Positions 18,626 to 27,302 of a stretch of 64,000 nucleotides of DNA are shown in pieces. Where the stretch lies: positions 18,417 through 82,416 of the forward strand of contig CAZSUU010000003.1 in the NCBI GenBank assembly GCA_964610105.1. The letters are read 5' to 3'. The notes beneath the pieces were generated by a model. The model ran no database searches and was not told where the DNA came from. It saw nothing but the letters and a program-made list of their open reading frames with translations. Position numbers and translations under genes: made by a program. Source of the stretch: an uncultured Verrucomicrobiota bacterium. GTDB lineage: Bacteria > Verrucomicrobiota > Kiritimatiellia > PWTM01. How positions within the stretch are numbered: the first letter of the stretch is position 1; each line of letters begins with the position of its first letter.

Positions 18626-19402
18626 CTAGTACTTGCCCCTCGCCGCCGCCGCCTCGGGGCTCTGCGGATAGTCCTGCGCAAGCTGCTGGTACTTCTCTTT
18701 CGCTCGCGGATCGCGCAGCTTCGAGAGGGCGTTGGCCGCGCGGCTCAGGCCCGCGGGCATGATGTCCCTCTCTCGCTCGTAGAAATAAATCATACGCAGG
18801 TAGTCCCGGATGGCCAGTTCCATTTTGTTCTCCTCGGCCCGGATGTCGCCGCGCATGAGCAGGGCCCGGGCCGCGTCCGTCCGGGGACCCTCTCCGATCA
18901 GCTTCTTCAGCATCGGCTCCAGCCGGGCGAACTGCTTGGCCGCCAGCAGACCGTTGCGGTAGGCCCATCCGAACTCGGGATTCGTCTCCAGCGCCGGGTA
19001 GTCCCGGATCAGGGTTTCGTACACGGCCACGGCGTCGGCGCCCTGTCCCTTCGCCTCGTAGGCGCGGGCCAGCTGAATGCCGGCCACCTGGTCCCACTCG
19101 AGGAACCGGAGGTCGGTCACGACCTGCTTGAGCACGGGAATGGCCTCGTCGTACTTCTTCGCCGCCACCGCCGCCACCGCGGCGTCGATCTTCTCCGGCT
19201 TGTCCGCCACGGCGCGCGTGTACTGGTCCTTGGTCAACTGGAGCGAGACGCCGTCGGACATGATGAGGGTCACCGTCCCGTCCGCGCGCGCCCGGATCTG
19301 GACGCCCACCTTCTGTTGGCCGTTCTTGAGGATCACATAAGGGGCCGCCTGCGCGCTCAGCACCGCCGCCCCCATCGCCATCAGCCATGCCAGTTTCTTC
19401 AT
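18626..19402 (-). CDS. Secreted TPR-repeat protein
   Basis: Signal peptide MKKLAWLMAMGAAVLSAQA, TPR-like helical repeats; directly upstream of exbB on the same strand. Confidence 0.7.
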   Translation of the reverse strand: MKKLAWLMAMGAAVLSAQAAPYVILKNGQQKVGVQIRARADGTVTLIMSDGVSLQLTKDQYTRAVADKPEKIDAAVAAVAAKKYDEAIPVLKQVVTDLRFLEWDQVAGIQLARAYEAKGQGADAVAVYETLIRDYPALETNPEFGWAYRNGLLAAKQFARLEPMLKKLIGEGPRTDAARALLMRGDIRAEENKMELAIRDYLRMIYFYERERDIMPAGLSRAANALSKLRDPRAKEKYQQLAQDYPQSPEAAAARGKY

Positions 19403-19436
19403 ACGACCTTCTCCTGAAATCGTGCCCCGCGGGGGC

Positions 19437-22328
19437 TCACCTGGACGCGCCCCCCGCCGCTCCTCCGGCCGGACCCGGGGCGGAGGGCGGCGTCGCCGTG
19501 GCCGCCTTCATGCGCGCATCGCTCATCTTCCGGCGGATCTCGGCGAGCTTCGGGCTCTCCGGGAACTTCGCCACATACGCTTCGCACTTCTCCACGACCT
19601 TCTCGAACCGGCCGGCCTCTTCGTACAGGGGGATCACCCGAAGGAAGGCCTGTTCCACCAGCGGCCGCGTCGCCGCCCCCTTCTCGTCGCCGAGCAGGAC
19701 CACGCGTTCGTACGAGGCCAGCGCCGCCTTCATCGCGTCGTCCGCCTCGCCCGCCCGGCCCGCCTCCTTCGCCCTGCGGTACGCCTCGTACTGGATCGTG
19801 CCGAGCTCGATGTTCGCCGTGTCCCGCGTGGCCGGATCGCTCGCGAACTTGAACACGTCCGTCAGCTCCGCGACCGCCTCCGGCAGTTTGCCCGCATCGC
19901 GGTACGCGCGCCCGAGGGTCAGCCTGGCATCGTAGAAGAGCCCCGACTTGGGATAGCGCTGCAGCATGTCGTCGAGGTTCCGGATGGCTTCCTCGAACTT
20001 CTGGGTCCGGTAGGCCGACATGCCGAGGCCGTAGAGCGTGCGCTCGAGGATGGCCCGGTCCTCGGTCTTGCTCGCCAGCACCTTCCTGAAGGCGGCCGCC
20101 GCCTCCCCGTCGCGCCCCGCGTCGAAGAACGCCTGCGCGACCCGGACCAGCTGGTCGGGCGTGAAGGTCTTCGAAGGCTGGTCCGCGGGTTCGCTGGCCA
20201 TCATCTTCTCGAAGGCCTCCAGCGCGATGTCGAACTTCTTGATCTTCACGGCCGCCATGATCAGCGAGTACCGCGCGCTCTTGCCGTCCTCGGAGTTCGG
20301 GTACTTCTTCTGCAGGTCGTTGAACGTGGTCGAGGCCGCCTCGGTCTGCCCCAGTTCCAGGTGGATGGTGCCGATGACGTTCATCGCCTTCGGCGCGAGG
20401 TCCGACGCGGGATACGCGGCAAGGAACCGGGCGAGGGTCTCGATCGCCGCCTGCCGCAGCTTCGGCACCGCGTCGGCCGGTTCCGCGACGCGTGAGAGAC
20501 CGTAGCCGATGAAGAACTGGCACTTCTCGCGAAGCTCGTCGACCTTCTTCACCTCGTCGCCCGTGGTGGCGTACGGATTGCCCTCCTTCGCCTCCACCCA
20601 CGAGGCCAGCGTGCGGTATTCCTTCACCGCCCGATCGAACTGGTCCAGCCGCATGTAGCAGTCGGCCAGCGTCGCCTGGACGATCGCCCGCTGGTGCTGC
20701 GGCGGACTGTCCTGGATGTATTTCGCGAACACCTCGGCCGCCCCGGCGTAGTCCTTCGCCTCGTACTTGGCCCAGCCGATGCGGTGCAGCGATTTCAAGT
20801 AGTACTGGTCCCGCGGGAAGTTCTTCACCAGGAGGTCGAGGTACTTCTGCGCGTCGGCCTTCTGGCCGGCCCTGTCGAGCATGCCCGACAGCGTGTAGAG
20901 CACCGACGGGGTCTTTTCATGCTTCGGGAAGCCCTCGACGAACGTCTCGTAGAAGACGATGCACGTCTTCTCGTCCTTCGCGTCGAAGAAGTGCTTCGCG
21001 ACCGCCAGGAGCGCCAGCCCGGCCTGCGGATCGGTCCTCCCGGCCCGCTCCGCGATCTCCCACGCCCCCGCATCCAGCTCGCGGGGCCGGTTCAGATGGG
21101 CCCAGCACAGCAGCAGATTGGTCCACTGCGGCGCCGCCGGGGCATCGGGGAACATGTTGAGGATGCGCGAATACAACCGCGCGGCCTCCGTGTAGTTCTT
21201 CTGGCCGTACATCACGTCCGCCTGCCGCACCTGGGCCTCCACCGCCTTCCGCGCATGCGCCTTGAAGTCGATGGGCTTGACCGTGACCCCCATCTGCCCG
21301 AGCTTCGCGATCAGCTTCTCGCCGCGCAGGCCGGCCTCCGGCCCCCAATCGCTGTCGCCGTACTTGGCGAACACGTTGATGTAGTGCTGGGCCGCTTCCT
21401 TGATCAGGAGGACCTTCTTCTGTTCGTCCTTCGTGGAGGCCGCTTCCTTCTCGTACAGCTCCGCCAGGAGGAAGCGCGCGCTGGCCAGCGGGCTCGCCGC
21501 GAGCTGCCCCTCCTCCTTGAGGATGTCGTCCAGCCCCGTCATGATGTCCAGGTTCTGCCGTATGAGCTTCTGAGCCGCCGCCGGGTTCCCGCGCATGATC
21601 TCGATGTTGGCCATGGTCATGATCGAATGGCCGAAGGCCACGTCCATGCCGCCTTCCCGGTCCCACTGCAGCTCCTCGCAGAGCTTGAACGCCCGGTTCA
21701 GATGGGCCTTCTTCTTGCCCTCGTCGCCCTCCTTCTTCGCCGCGCGGACCAGGAGATTCGCCAGCTCGAAGCGGATCCGGCGCGAGATACCCGGATCGGG
21801 CTTGCACTTGAGCACCTTCTCGTAGGCATCACCCGCCGCGGCCAGATCGCCCGCCGTCTCGAGGAGCTGGCCGAACCGGTAGGCGGAGTCCATGTAGACG
21901 CGTTTCAGGTCGGGGTCGGACGGGACCTGCGTGCCGTACTGCTTGAAGAAATCGACGTACAGCCTCTTCGCCCGGTCGATGTCGCTGAACCGGTACGCGT
22001 AGTTCGCCACGCTGAGCCGGGCCGCCTGCGCCTTGGGGCTCGCGGCGGGCATCGACTTGAGCAGCTCCTCGGCCTGGTCGAACTTGCGCCGGGCGGCCAT
22101 GATCTCGATCTGGACCATCTTGGCGCGCTCTTTCTCGCCGGGATTGAGGCGAAGCAACTCGTCGACGAGCCGCTCGGCATAATCGGCGAAGTTGTCCTCC
22201 ACCAGCCGGGAGGCGAACTCGAACTCCCGGTCGATCTCCGTTGGCGCCTGGGCCCGGGCCGGCCAGCCGCCCGCGACCACCCCTGCTCCAACGAGGAACC
22301 CCGTCAGTGCCGCGCGTATTTGGACCAT
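19437..22328 (-). CDS. Large exported TPR-repeat protein (964 aa)
   Basis: Start at MVQIRAALTGFLVGAGVVAGGWPARAQA (ATG 22328), tens of TPR/Sel1-like repeats; first gene of the TPR-TPR-exbB-exbD-exbD-toroid cluster. Confidence 0.75.
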   Translation of the reverse strand: MVQIRAALTGFLVGAGVVAGGWPARAQAPTEIDREFEFASRLVEDNFADYAERLVDELLRLNPGEKERAKMVQIEIMAARRKFDQAEELLKSMPAASPKAQAARLSVANYAYRFSDIDRAKRLYVDFFKQYGTQVPSDPDLKRVYMDSAYRFGQLLETAGDLAAAGDAYEKVLKCKPDPGISRRIRFELANLLVRAAKKEGDEGKKKAHLNRAFKLCEELQWDREGGMDVAFGHSIMTMANIEIMRGNPAAAQKLIRQNLDIMTGLDDILKEEGQLAASPLASARFLLAELYEKEAASTKDEQKKVLLIKEAAQHYINVFAKYGDSDWGPEAGLRGEKLIAKLGQMGVTVKPIDFKAHARKAVEAQVRQADVMYGQKNYTEAARLYSRILNMFPDAPAAPQWTNLLLCWAHLNRPRELDAGAWEIAERAGRTDPQAGLALLAVAKHFFDAKDEKTCIVFYETFVEGFPKHEKTPSVLYTLSGMLDRAGQKADAQKYLDLLVKNFPRDQYYLKSLHRIGWAKYEAKDYAGAAEVFAKYIQDSPPQHQRAIVQATLADCYMRLDQFDRAVKEYRTLASWVEAKEGNPYATTGDEVKKVDELREKCQFFIGYGLSRVAEPADAVPKLRQAAIETLARFLAAYPASDLAPKAMNVIGTIHLELGQTEAASTTFNDLQKKYPNSEDGKSARYSLIMAAVKIKKFDIALEAFEKMMASEPADQPSKTFTPDQLVRVAQAFFDAGRDGEAAAAFRKVLASKTEDRAILERTLYGLGMSAYRTQKFEEAIRNLDDMLQRYPKSGLFYDARLTLGRAYRDAGKLPEAVAELTDVFKFASDPATRDTANIELGTIQYEAYRRAKEAGRAGEADDAMKAALASYERVVLLGDEKGAATRPLVEQAFLRVIPLYEEAGRFEKVVEKCEAYVAKFPESPKLAEIRRKMSDARMKAATATPPSAPGPAGGAAGGASR

Positions 22329-22482
22329 GGTTCTCAAGCTCCGCAAAGACACCCATCCGGTGCCGCCGGCCTGCGCCACGGGCTACAGATACCACACCGC
22401 CAACCCTCGCCGTCAAGCGCCATCGGCCCCGCCCAGAGAATGCCGCGTCAAAGCCAGTGCGATATCTTCCGCGCGAGGGCGG

Positions 22483-23217
22483 ATGTTGGACAGGGAATCT
22501 TCCGCCGACCGCGAAGAGGTCGCGCGAGACCCCCGACCGCTCGTGCGCCGAACCGGCGGCGACGGCTTTCGGATTGCCACGGAACGGTTCCCTTTGCATG
22601 ATGCGGCCATGGGTGAATCGCTGCCGAGTCAGAACCGTCCCGTGCACCTCGCCCGCCGCGACACGAGCGTGGAGCGTGCGGCGGAGATGCTGAACGTCCC
22701 CCTCGATCCGCTGTCGACCGCCGAAAGGCTGGACTACATCGGCCGCGAGATCGAACTGCTGGAAGGCGCGGTGAATCACGCGCGCCTGGCCGGCCGCTCG
22801 GGCGGCGTGTCGCAACGCGAGAAGGACTTCCTGCACTTCCTCGTGCTGATTCTCGGCAATGTCCAGTCCGCCCACGCCTTCCTCCGGAACCAGGCCCACC
22901 TGGAGTCGGAGGAGCACTCGTTCCTGACGCACTACCTCGGCATCGCGGAGGACGAGGTGGACCTGACGGCCACGATCTTCCGCCGCCGCTCCGAGGACAT
23001 CATCGCCGGCCTCTGGCAACTGCTGCGGATGGCCCACGGCCCCTATCGCATGCTGCAGGCCGAGAACCTGGCGGAGATGGATGAAACCGGCCGGTCGCGG
23101 TACGAAACGGCCTGCGCCCGCGCCCGCGAATACCTGGTGGCGCACTATCCCCTGCCCGCCCCTCCGGACGCCGATCCCTCCCCCGTGACCGTCGGCCCGA
23201 CCGCCCTGCCGCACTGA
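22483..23217 (+). CDS. Hypothetical protein
   Basis: GC3-rich codon usage; start uncertain (ATG 22483 or 22609); no recognisable motif. Confidence 0.4.
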   Translation: MLDRESSADREEVARDPRPLVRRTGGDGFRIATERFPLHDAAMGESLPSQNRPVHLARRDTSVERAAEMLNVPLDPLSTAERLDYIGREIELLEGAVNHARLAGRSGGVSQREKDFLHFLVLILGNVQSAHAFLRNQAHLESEEHSFLTHYLGIAEDEVDLTATIFRRRSEDIIAGLWQLLRMAHGPYRMLQAENLAEMDETGRSRYETACARAREYLVAHYPLPAPPDADPSPVTVGPTALPH

Positions 23218-23251
23218 CGCGCGGGGCCGCGCGCGGCGCGCCCCGCACGAC

Positions 23252-23330
23252 GGCGACCCGCGGTCCAATTCGAATGGAATTCGATCCGCAGTCCACACCG
23301 AGGACGCGGGCAGGATTGCCCGCGGTACGG
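23252..23330 (+). repeat. 3' hairpin element copy 1 (GCGGGC-AGGATT-GCCCGC with conserved 5' flank)
   Basis: Shares ggcgacccg...gtccaca.cga.gacgcgggcaggatKgcccgcgg with 47259-47325 and the hairpin core with 41876-41893; lies in a convergent intergenic region. Confidence 0.5.
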
Positions 23331-23454
23331 GTGCTGGGCGTACCGCGCGCAATCCGTCCGCATGAGGCGCGGTGTTGGGGGGGAAGAGAGAAGGCCCCAC
23401 CGCGCTCGATGGCGGTGGGGCCCTCAAGAGAAGCCGGTCGATCAGCCGCGGAAC

Positions 23455-24435
23455 CTAGCCTCTGGCAAAACGCCGGCGGAAGATCATCGCCAGGCCGGCC
23501 AGGATGCTCAGCGCCACCGTGGTCGGTTCGGGAATGGAGAACAACAACTGATCCGTGGTCAGCGCCGTGTCCGAGATGCGCACCTCATCTATGAAACCGT
23601 ACGCCCGGTCGCCATGTCCGCCCGCATACAGCCCGCGCATGACCGAGAAATTGCCCCCCGTCCAGTCCCCGCCGGAGGAGCCCGCGGCGTTGGTGAGCGC
23701 CAAGTTCGGACTGCCGCTGGTGGTGAGATCGGTCGAAGCGACCAGCGTGTAATTGACGTCGCCGTTCTCGATGTTCTTGTAGTAGAGCGAGAGCATGGAG
23801 CCGTCGCACACCGCCGCCGCCGCCTGCCACTGGCCGTCTCCGGAATTCGGATTCACAAAGCCCTGAACCGTGCTGGCGGCCGAGATGGCCTCGTGCCAGT
23901 ACCCGCTGACATCGCAGTACTTGATCGCCAGCGACTCGTCAGGCTGGATCTGGAAATAGAGCGCCGACAGATCGCCGTTGGGCGTCGCAACGTATCGTCC
24001 GTCGCGGCCGACCAGCGTCCGATGCCCATCGGTCAGTTCCGGCTGGAACGCCGCCTCGATCGTCCATGCGGTGGGTTGCCAAGTCTGCAGCCCGATCGCC
24101 CACAGGCCGGGGTAGCTGCCCGCGTTTTGGATGCTGAAATTGTTGGCGTCACCGGTCTGGGGAACCGTCGCACCCGCCACGTCGGTACGGAAATACTCGT
24201 TCGCCCACGAGTCGGCGCTCCACGCCGACAGTGCGTTGCCATTCCCCGAGCTGTCCGGCACGTCCGCATTGAATACACCGTTGCCGGTCGGATGAGGTAT
24301 CAGCGTATCCGCCGGCCCCGCCTCGAACCGCCAGTAGGCCATGGTGGCCGCGTTGGCCGTCATCGCGCACAGAAGCGACGCGCCCATCAAGGCCGCCGCG
24401 TACACCACCACTCCCGTCTTACGTGTCTGTTTCAT
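23455..24435 (-). CDS. PEP-CTERM-anchored secreted protein, LamG/concanavalin-like
   Basis: Signal peptide, then C-terminal PEPTTVALSILAGLAMIFRRRF (PEP motif + TM + basic tail). Start at MKQTRK (ATG 24435). Confidence 0.75.
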   Translation of the reverse strand: MKQTRKTGVVVYAAALMGASLLCAMTANAATMAYWRFEAGPADTLIPHPTGNGVFNADVPDSSGNGNALSAWSADSWANEYFRTDVAGATVPQTGDANNFSIQNAGSYPGLWAIGLQTWQPTAWTIEAAFQPELTDGHRTLVGRDGRYVATPNGDLSALYFQIQPDESLAIKYCDVSGYWHEAISAASTVQGFVNPNSGDGQWQAAAAVCDGSMLSLYYKNIENGDVNYTLVASTDLTTSGSPNLALTNAAGSSGGDWTGGNFSVMRGLYAGGHGDRAYGFIDEVRISDTALTTDQLLFSIPEPTTVALSILAGLAMIFRRRFARG

Positions 24436-24541
24436 CTTCCGGTCCCTCTCCGTATTTGCCTCGCCGGCTTCTCTTTTGACCCCGGGCCACGGGCACACCC
24501 GCCCGTTTCTCGCGCGCAGTCTTTCACGCGGACCGGCGGCC

Positions 24542-24561
24542 TGTCAAGCGTCTTTTTTTTA
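24542..24561 (-). promoter_or_regulatory. Candidate promoter for the PEP-CTERM gene: TTGACA -35 with upstream A-tract (UP-like)
   Basis: Minus strand reads ...attcaatttactaaaaaaaagacgcTTGACAggccgcc... in an otherwise GC-rich context. Confidence 0.3.
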
Positions 24562-24588
24562 GTAAATTGAATATGTCGGCGGTAGCGG

Positions 24589-25218
24589 TCAGCGATCCTC
24601 GTTCGGGGGGCATTCCCAGACCGGAACACCCAGGAAACCGGCGAGGCGCCCAGCCTCGTCGCCCATCGCCGACTCGCTCCGGTGGTCAACCAGGTTGATG
24701 CGCGAGCCGTCCCGGAGCACAAGGTTGAGTTCGTGGATAAGATGAGTTCCGTGCCGCCCCTGAAGCGTCCATCGGAGCCACTGCACCGCCGCGATCCGAT
24801 TCAACGGGGTCCATGAGCCGAGCGACTCCCGTCTCGCCGTGGTCTCGGGCGACCGCTTGTCCTTCCAGCAGTGTCCGAGCCGCTTGTCGAAGACGATGGG
24901 GATGGCGCCGGGACCGCGCAGGAAGGCCCCGATGACCGGAAGGGTGATCCCCGCGACGATCAGCACGACGGGGGTCACCAGATCGTCATCGCCTTCCCGC
25001 AGAGCCGTCCGCAACAGCGCCACGCCCGCCCAGATCAACAGCGGCCCGATGCCCAGCATCAGGAGCGACCAGATCCGGAATCGGCGCGACGGCTGGAATG
25101 CCATGCGGCCGTCGCCAGGAGAGACCAGGTCATGCGAGTGGAAGTTGCCGCTGCCCGTATTGACAGGGGTCCAGGCGATGGTCTCCGGCGTCGCCTCGCC
25201 TTTCGAGTCCGTGCTCAT
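24589..25218 (-). CDS. Hypothetical membrane protein (two TM helices)
   Basis: Start MSTDSKGEA (ATG 25218), ATGA-coupled to the upstream isomerase stop; TM helices LLMLGIGPLLIWAGVALL and VVLIVAGITLPVIGAFL. Confidence 0.5.
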   Translation of the reverse strand: MSTDSKGEATPETIAWTPVNTGSGNFHSHDLVSPGDGRMAFQPSRRFRIWSLLMLGIGPLLIWAGVALLRTALREGDDDLVTPVVLIVAGITLPVIGAFLRGPGAIPIVFDKRLGHCWKDKRSPETTARRESLGSWTPLNRIAAVQWLRWTLQGRHGTHLIHELNLVLRDGSRINLVDHRSESAMGDEAGRLAGFLGVPVWECPPNEDR

Positions 25219-26126
25219 TCGCCCCTCGGCCCGAACGCCTTCTTCCACGCCTGGATCGACCGATCGAGATTGTCGCGCCTGTCGCCGCCGACGCCGTAGA
25301 GCTGGAGGCCGATGGGACCCTTGTAGCCGCGGGCGGCGAGGTTGCGCACCAGCCCCGCCCAGTCGTAGCCGCCCTTGTCCAAGGTCTGGATCAGGACGTC
25401 CCATCCGCTTCCAGCCTCTGGAGCCGCCCCGTTGATTGTAACGCAGAACAGGTGCGGCATCGCCTCGTCGAGCCGCCGCTCGAGGTCCTTCCCGTCCGCG
25501 CGCAGCCAGTGGCAGAGGTTGAACGTCACGCCGAAGTTCGGGCAGCCCACCTTCTTCGCTACGCGCACGGCGTCCTCCACACGCTCCGTCCAGTCGCCGA
25601 GGTGCGGGTAGATCGCCACCTGCAGGCCGTTCGTCGCCGCCCGGTTCGCCAGGTCGCGCAGGCCGGGGAGGGCGGCCTCGTCCCCCTCGGCGGAGGACTT
25701 CGGGAAGTCCGGGCTGACGATGTGCAGCCAGAGGATCGTCCCTCGCCCCTTGAGCGCGGCGATCGTGTCATGAAGCCGGGGATCGGGCTGGATGCCCGCG
25801 CGGGTGAGCGTCGCGCCGCAGTAGATGGCGAACATCTTCAGGCCGCGCTGCTCCGCCTCCGCCGCCACGCGCGCCGATTCCGCCGGGGCCTCGATCGTCC
25901 ACGCGATCCCGGCGTAGCCCAGTTCCTTCAGCAGGTCGAGCTGCGCCTCGGGCGTGGTGTCGGAGCCCGGGTACTTCGTCTTCGTGCCGGTGTCCATGGC
26001 GAAGAACGGATTCGCCACGCGGACCGCATCCGCCGCCGGCGGCGATTCGGCGGCCCCGGCGGCGAGGGGACCGGTCCGCAGGAGGGCGAGGATGAGCGCA
26101 GGGACCGCATAGGCGCGTGTCTTCAT
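25215..26126 (-). CDS. Secreted sugar phosphate isomerase/epimerase (xylose-isomerase-like TIM barrel)
   Basis: Signal peptide MKTRAYAVPALILALLRTGPLAAGAA; TIM-barrel AP-endonuclease-2/xylose-isomerase-like pattern. Confidence 0.75.
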   Translation of the reverse strand: MKTRAYAVPALILALLRTGPLAAGAAESPPAADAVRVANPFFAMDTGTKTKYPGSDTTPEAQLDLLKELGYAGIAWTIEAPAESARVAAEAEQRGLKMFAIYCGATLTRAGIQPDPRLHDTIAALKGRGTILWLHIVSPDFPKSSAEGDEAALPGLRDLANRAATNGLQVAIYPHLGDWTERVEDAVRVAKKVGCPNFGVTFNLCHWLRADGKDLERRLDEAMPHLFCVTINGAAPEAGSGWDVLIQTLDKGGYDWAGLVRNLAARGYKGPIGLQLYGVGGDRRDNLDRSIQAWKKAFGPRGE

Positions 26127-26279
26127 GTTCCGTCACTCCCGTGTTGACGCCGCATCGGCGCCCGGCTCTCTACCCGTGCAGTACGGCCAGGCGCGTCATT
26201 ATCGCGCGCGGCCGCCGGTCGAGGCGACACAAAAGTCGCCCTCAGAAGCCGCCCCATCGTATGCCGGCCGGTGTGGGGC

Positions 26280-27113
26280 TCAGATCGTCGCGGAGACGAT
26301 GCGGACCCAGGAGGTCTTGTCCAGCCGGCTCCTGCTGAGCGGCCGTTCGACGTGAAACACCGTCCCGTTCGGGCCGCACTTCTTCGTCTCCAGCACCTTG
26401 TAGTTCGAGTAGCACAGCCCGATGCCGCCGGCCGACTCGGCCACGAGGATCAGGTTCGTACTCGGAAACGCCGTCTGCACGACGGCAATGTGTCCGCCCG
26501 ACTCGTGTTTGAGGTTGCCATTCTCGTCGGCCCAGATGAGCAGATCGTCCGGCCGGACTTCGCTGTGCGCGTTTCGCCGCTTGCCGGTGCGCTCATAGGA
26601 TCCGATGCTCCGCGCGCGACTCCGCGGCAGCCGGTGTTTTCGCAGCAGGTAGGCATTCACGAAGCCGCTGCAATCGATGCCAAAATGCAGGTCGCAGTGC
26701 GCCTGGATCGACGCGTGATCCGGGCCGCACTGGCCGGTGCCGGCCGCAAATTCGAGCGCCAGCTCGTAATCCTCGGGAAATCCCTTGCCGCTGTAGGCCC
26801 ACTGCAGCATCCCCCGCTCTGTCTTGGTGTAGCCCTCGCCGGTCGTGCGCTTCAGGCCGGACTTGACCTTGTCGAACCACTCCTCCTTGCGCTTGCTGTA
26901 TTCGGCGTACTTGTCGCTCTTCTCGTCGGACGGCACCATGAAGTACTTGTGCATCCGGATGCCCGATACGGTCTTGATCGTGGCTTCCTCGTCCCCCGGC
27001 GGCAGGAACGTGACACAGAGCTTGGCGTACACCTGCTCGATCATCTTGATGGGACTCAGCGCCGCGTATCGCTGTTCCATCCACGCGTCGTAGCTCAACG
27101 TTTCGTCCGTCAT
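26280..27113 (-). CDS. Cytoplasmic NlpC/P60- or CHAP-like papain-fold hydrolase (putative)
   Basis: Start MTDETLSYD (ATG 27113); candidate catalytic Cys in DCSGFV and His in GGHIAVV; no signal peptide; N-terminal 130 aa unassigned. Confidence 0.5.
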   Translation of the reverse strand: MTDETLSYDAWMEQRYAALSPIKMIEQVYAKLCVTFLPPGDEEATIKTVSGIRMHKYFMVPSDEKSDKYAEYSKRKEEWFDKVKSGLKRTTGEGYTKTERGMLQWAYSGKGFPEDYELALEFAAGTGQCGPDHASIQAHCDLHFGIDCSGFVNAYLLRKHRLPRSRARSIGSYERTGKRRNAHSEVRPDDLLIWADENGNLKHESGGHIAVVQTAFPSTNLILVAESAGGIGLCYSNYKVLETKKCGPNGTVFHVERPLSRSRLDKTSWVRIVSATI

Positions 27114-27302
27114 GGCGTCGGCCCTCCCACCGCCCTGTCGCAGCCGCCCCCCCCCGCTGGAGCCGGCTCGATACATGCGGTGTTCCTGCACCGCAGGATA
27201 AGGCGCCCGCGATCAGACGCAAGCCCCAATGCGCCGCGGACCCGGCCATGGGTGCTCCGCCCCTTGCGCGGCGAGGCTATAGACACTACCCTGCTCCCAG
27301 GT

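Noticed and set aside
23262-23290. tRNA-like fragment (aattcgaatggaattcgatcc resembles a T-arm GGTTCGAATCC)
   Set aside because: No acceptor stem, D-arm or anticodon arm can be built around it. I treat it as part of the 3' hairpin element. No tRNA, rRNA or CRISPR array was found anywhere in the window by eye.
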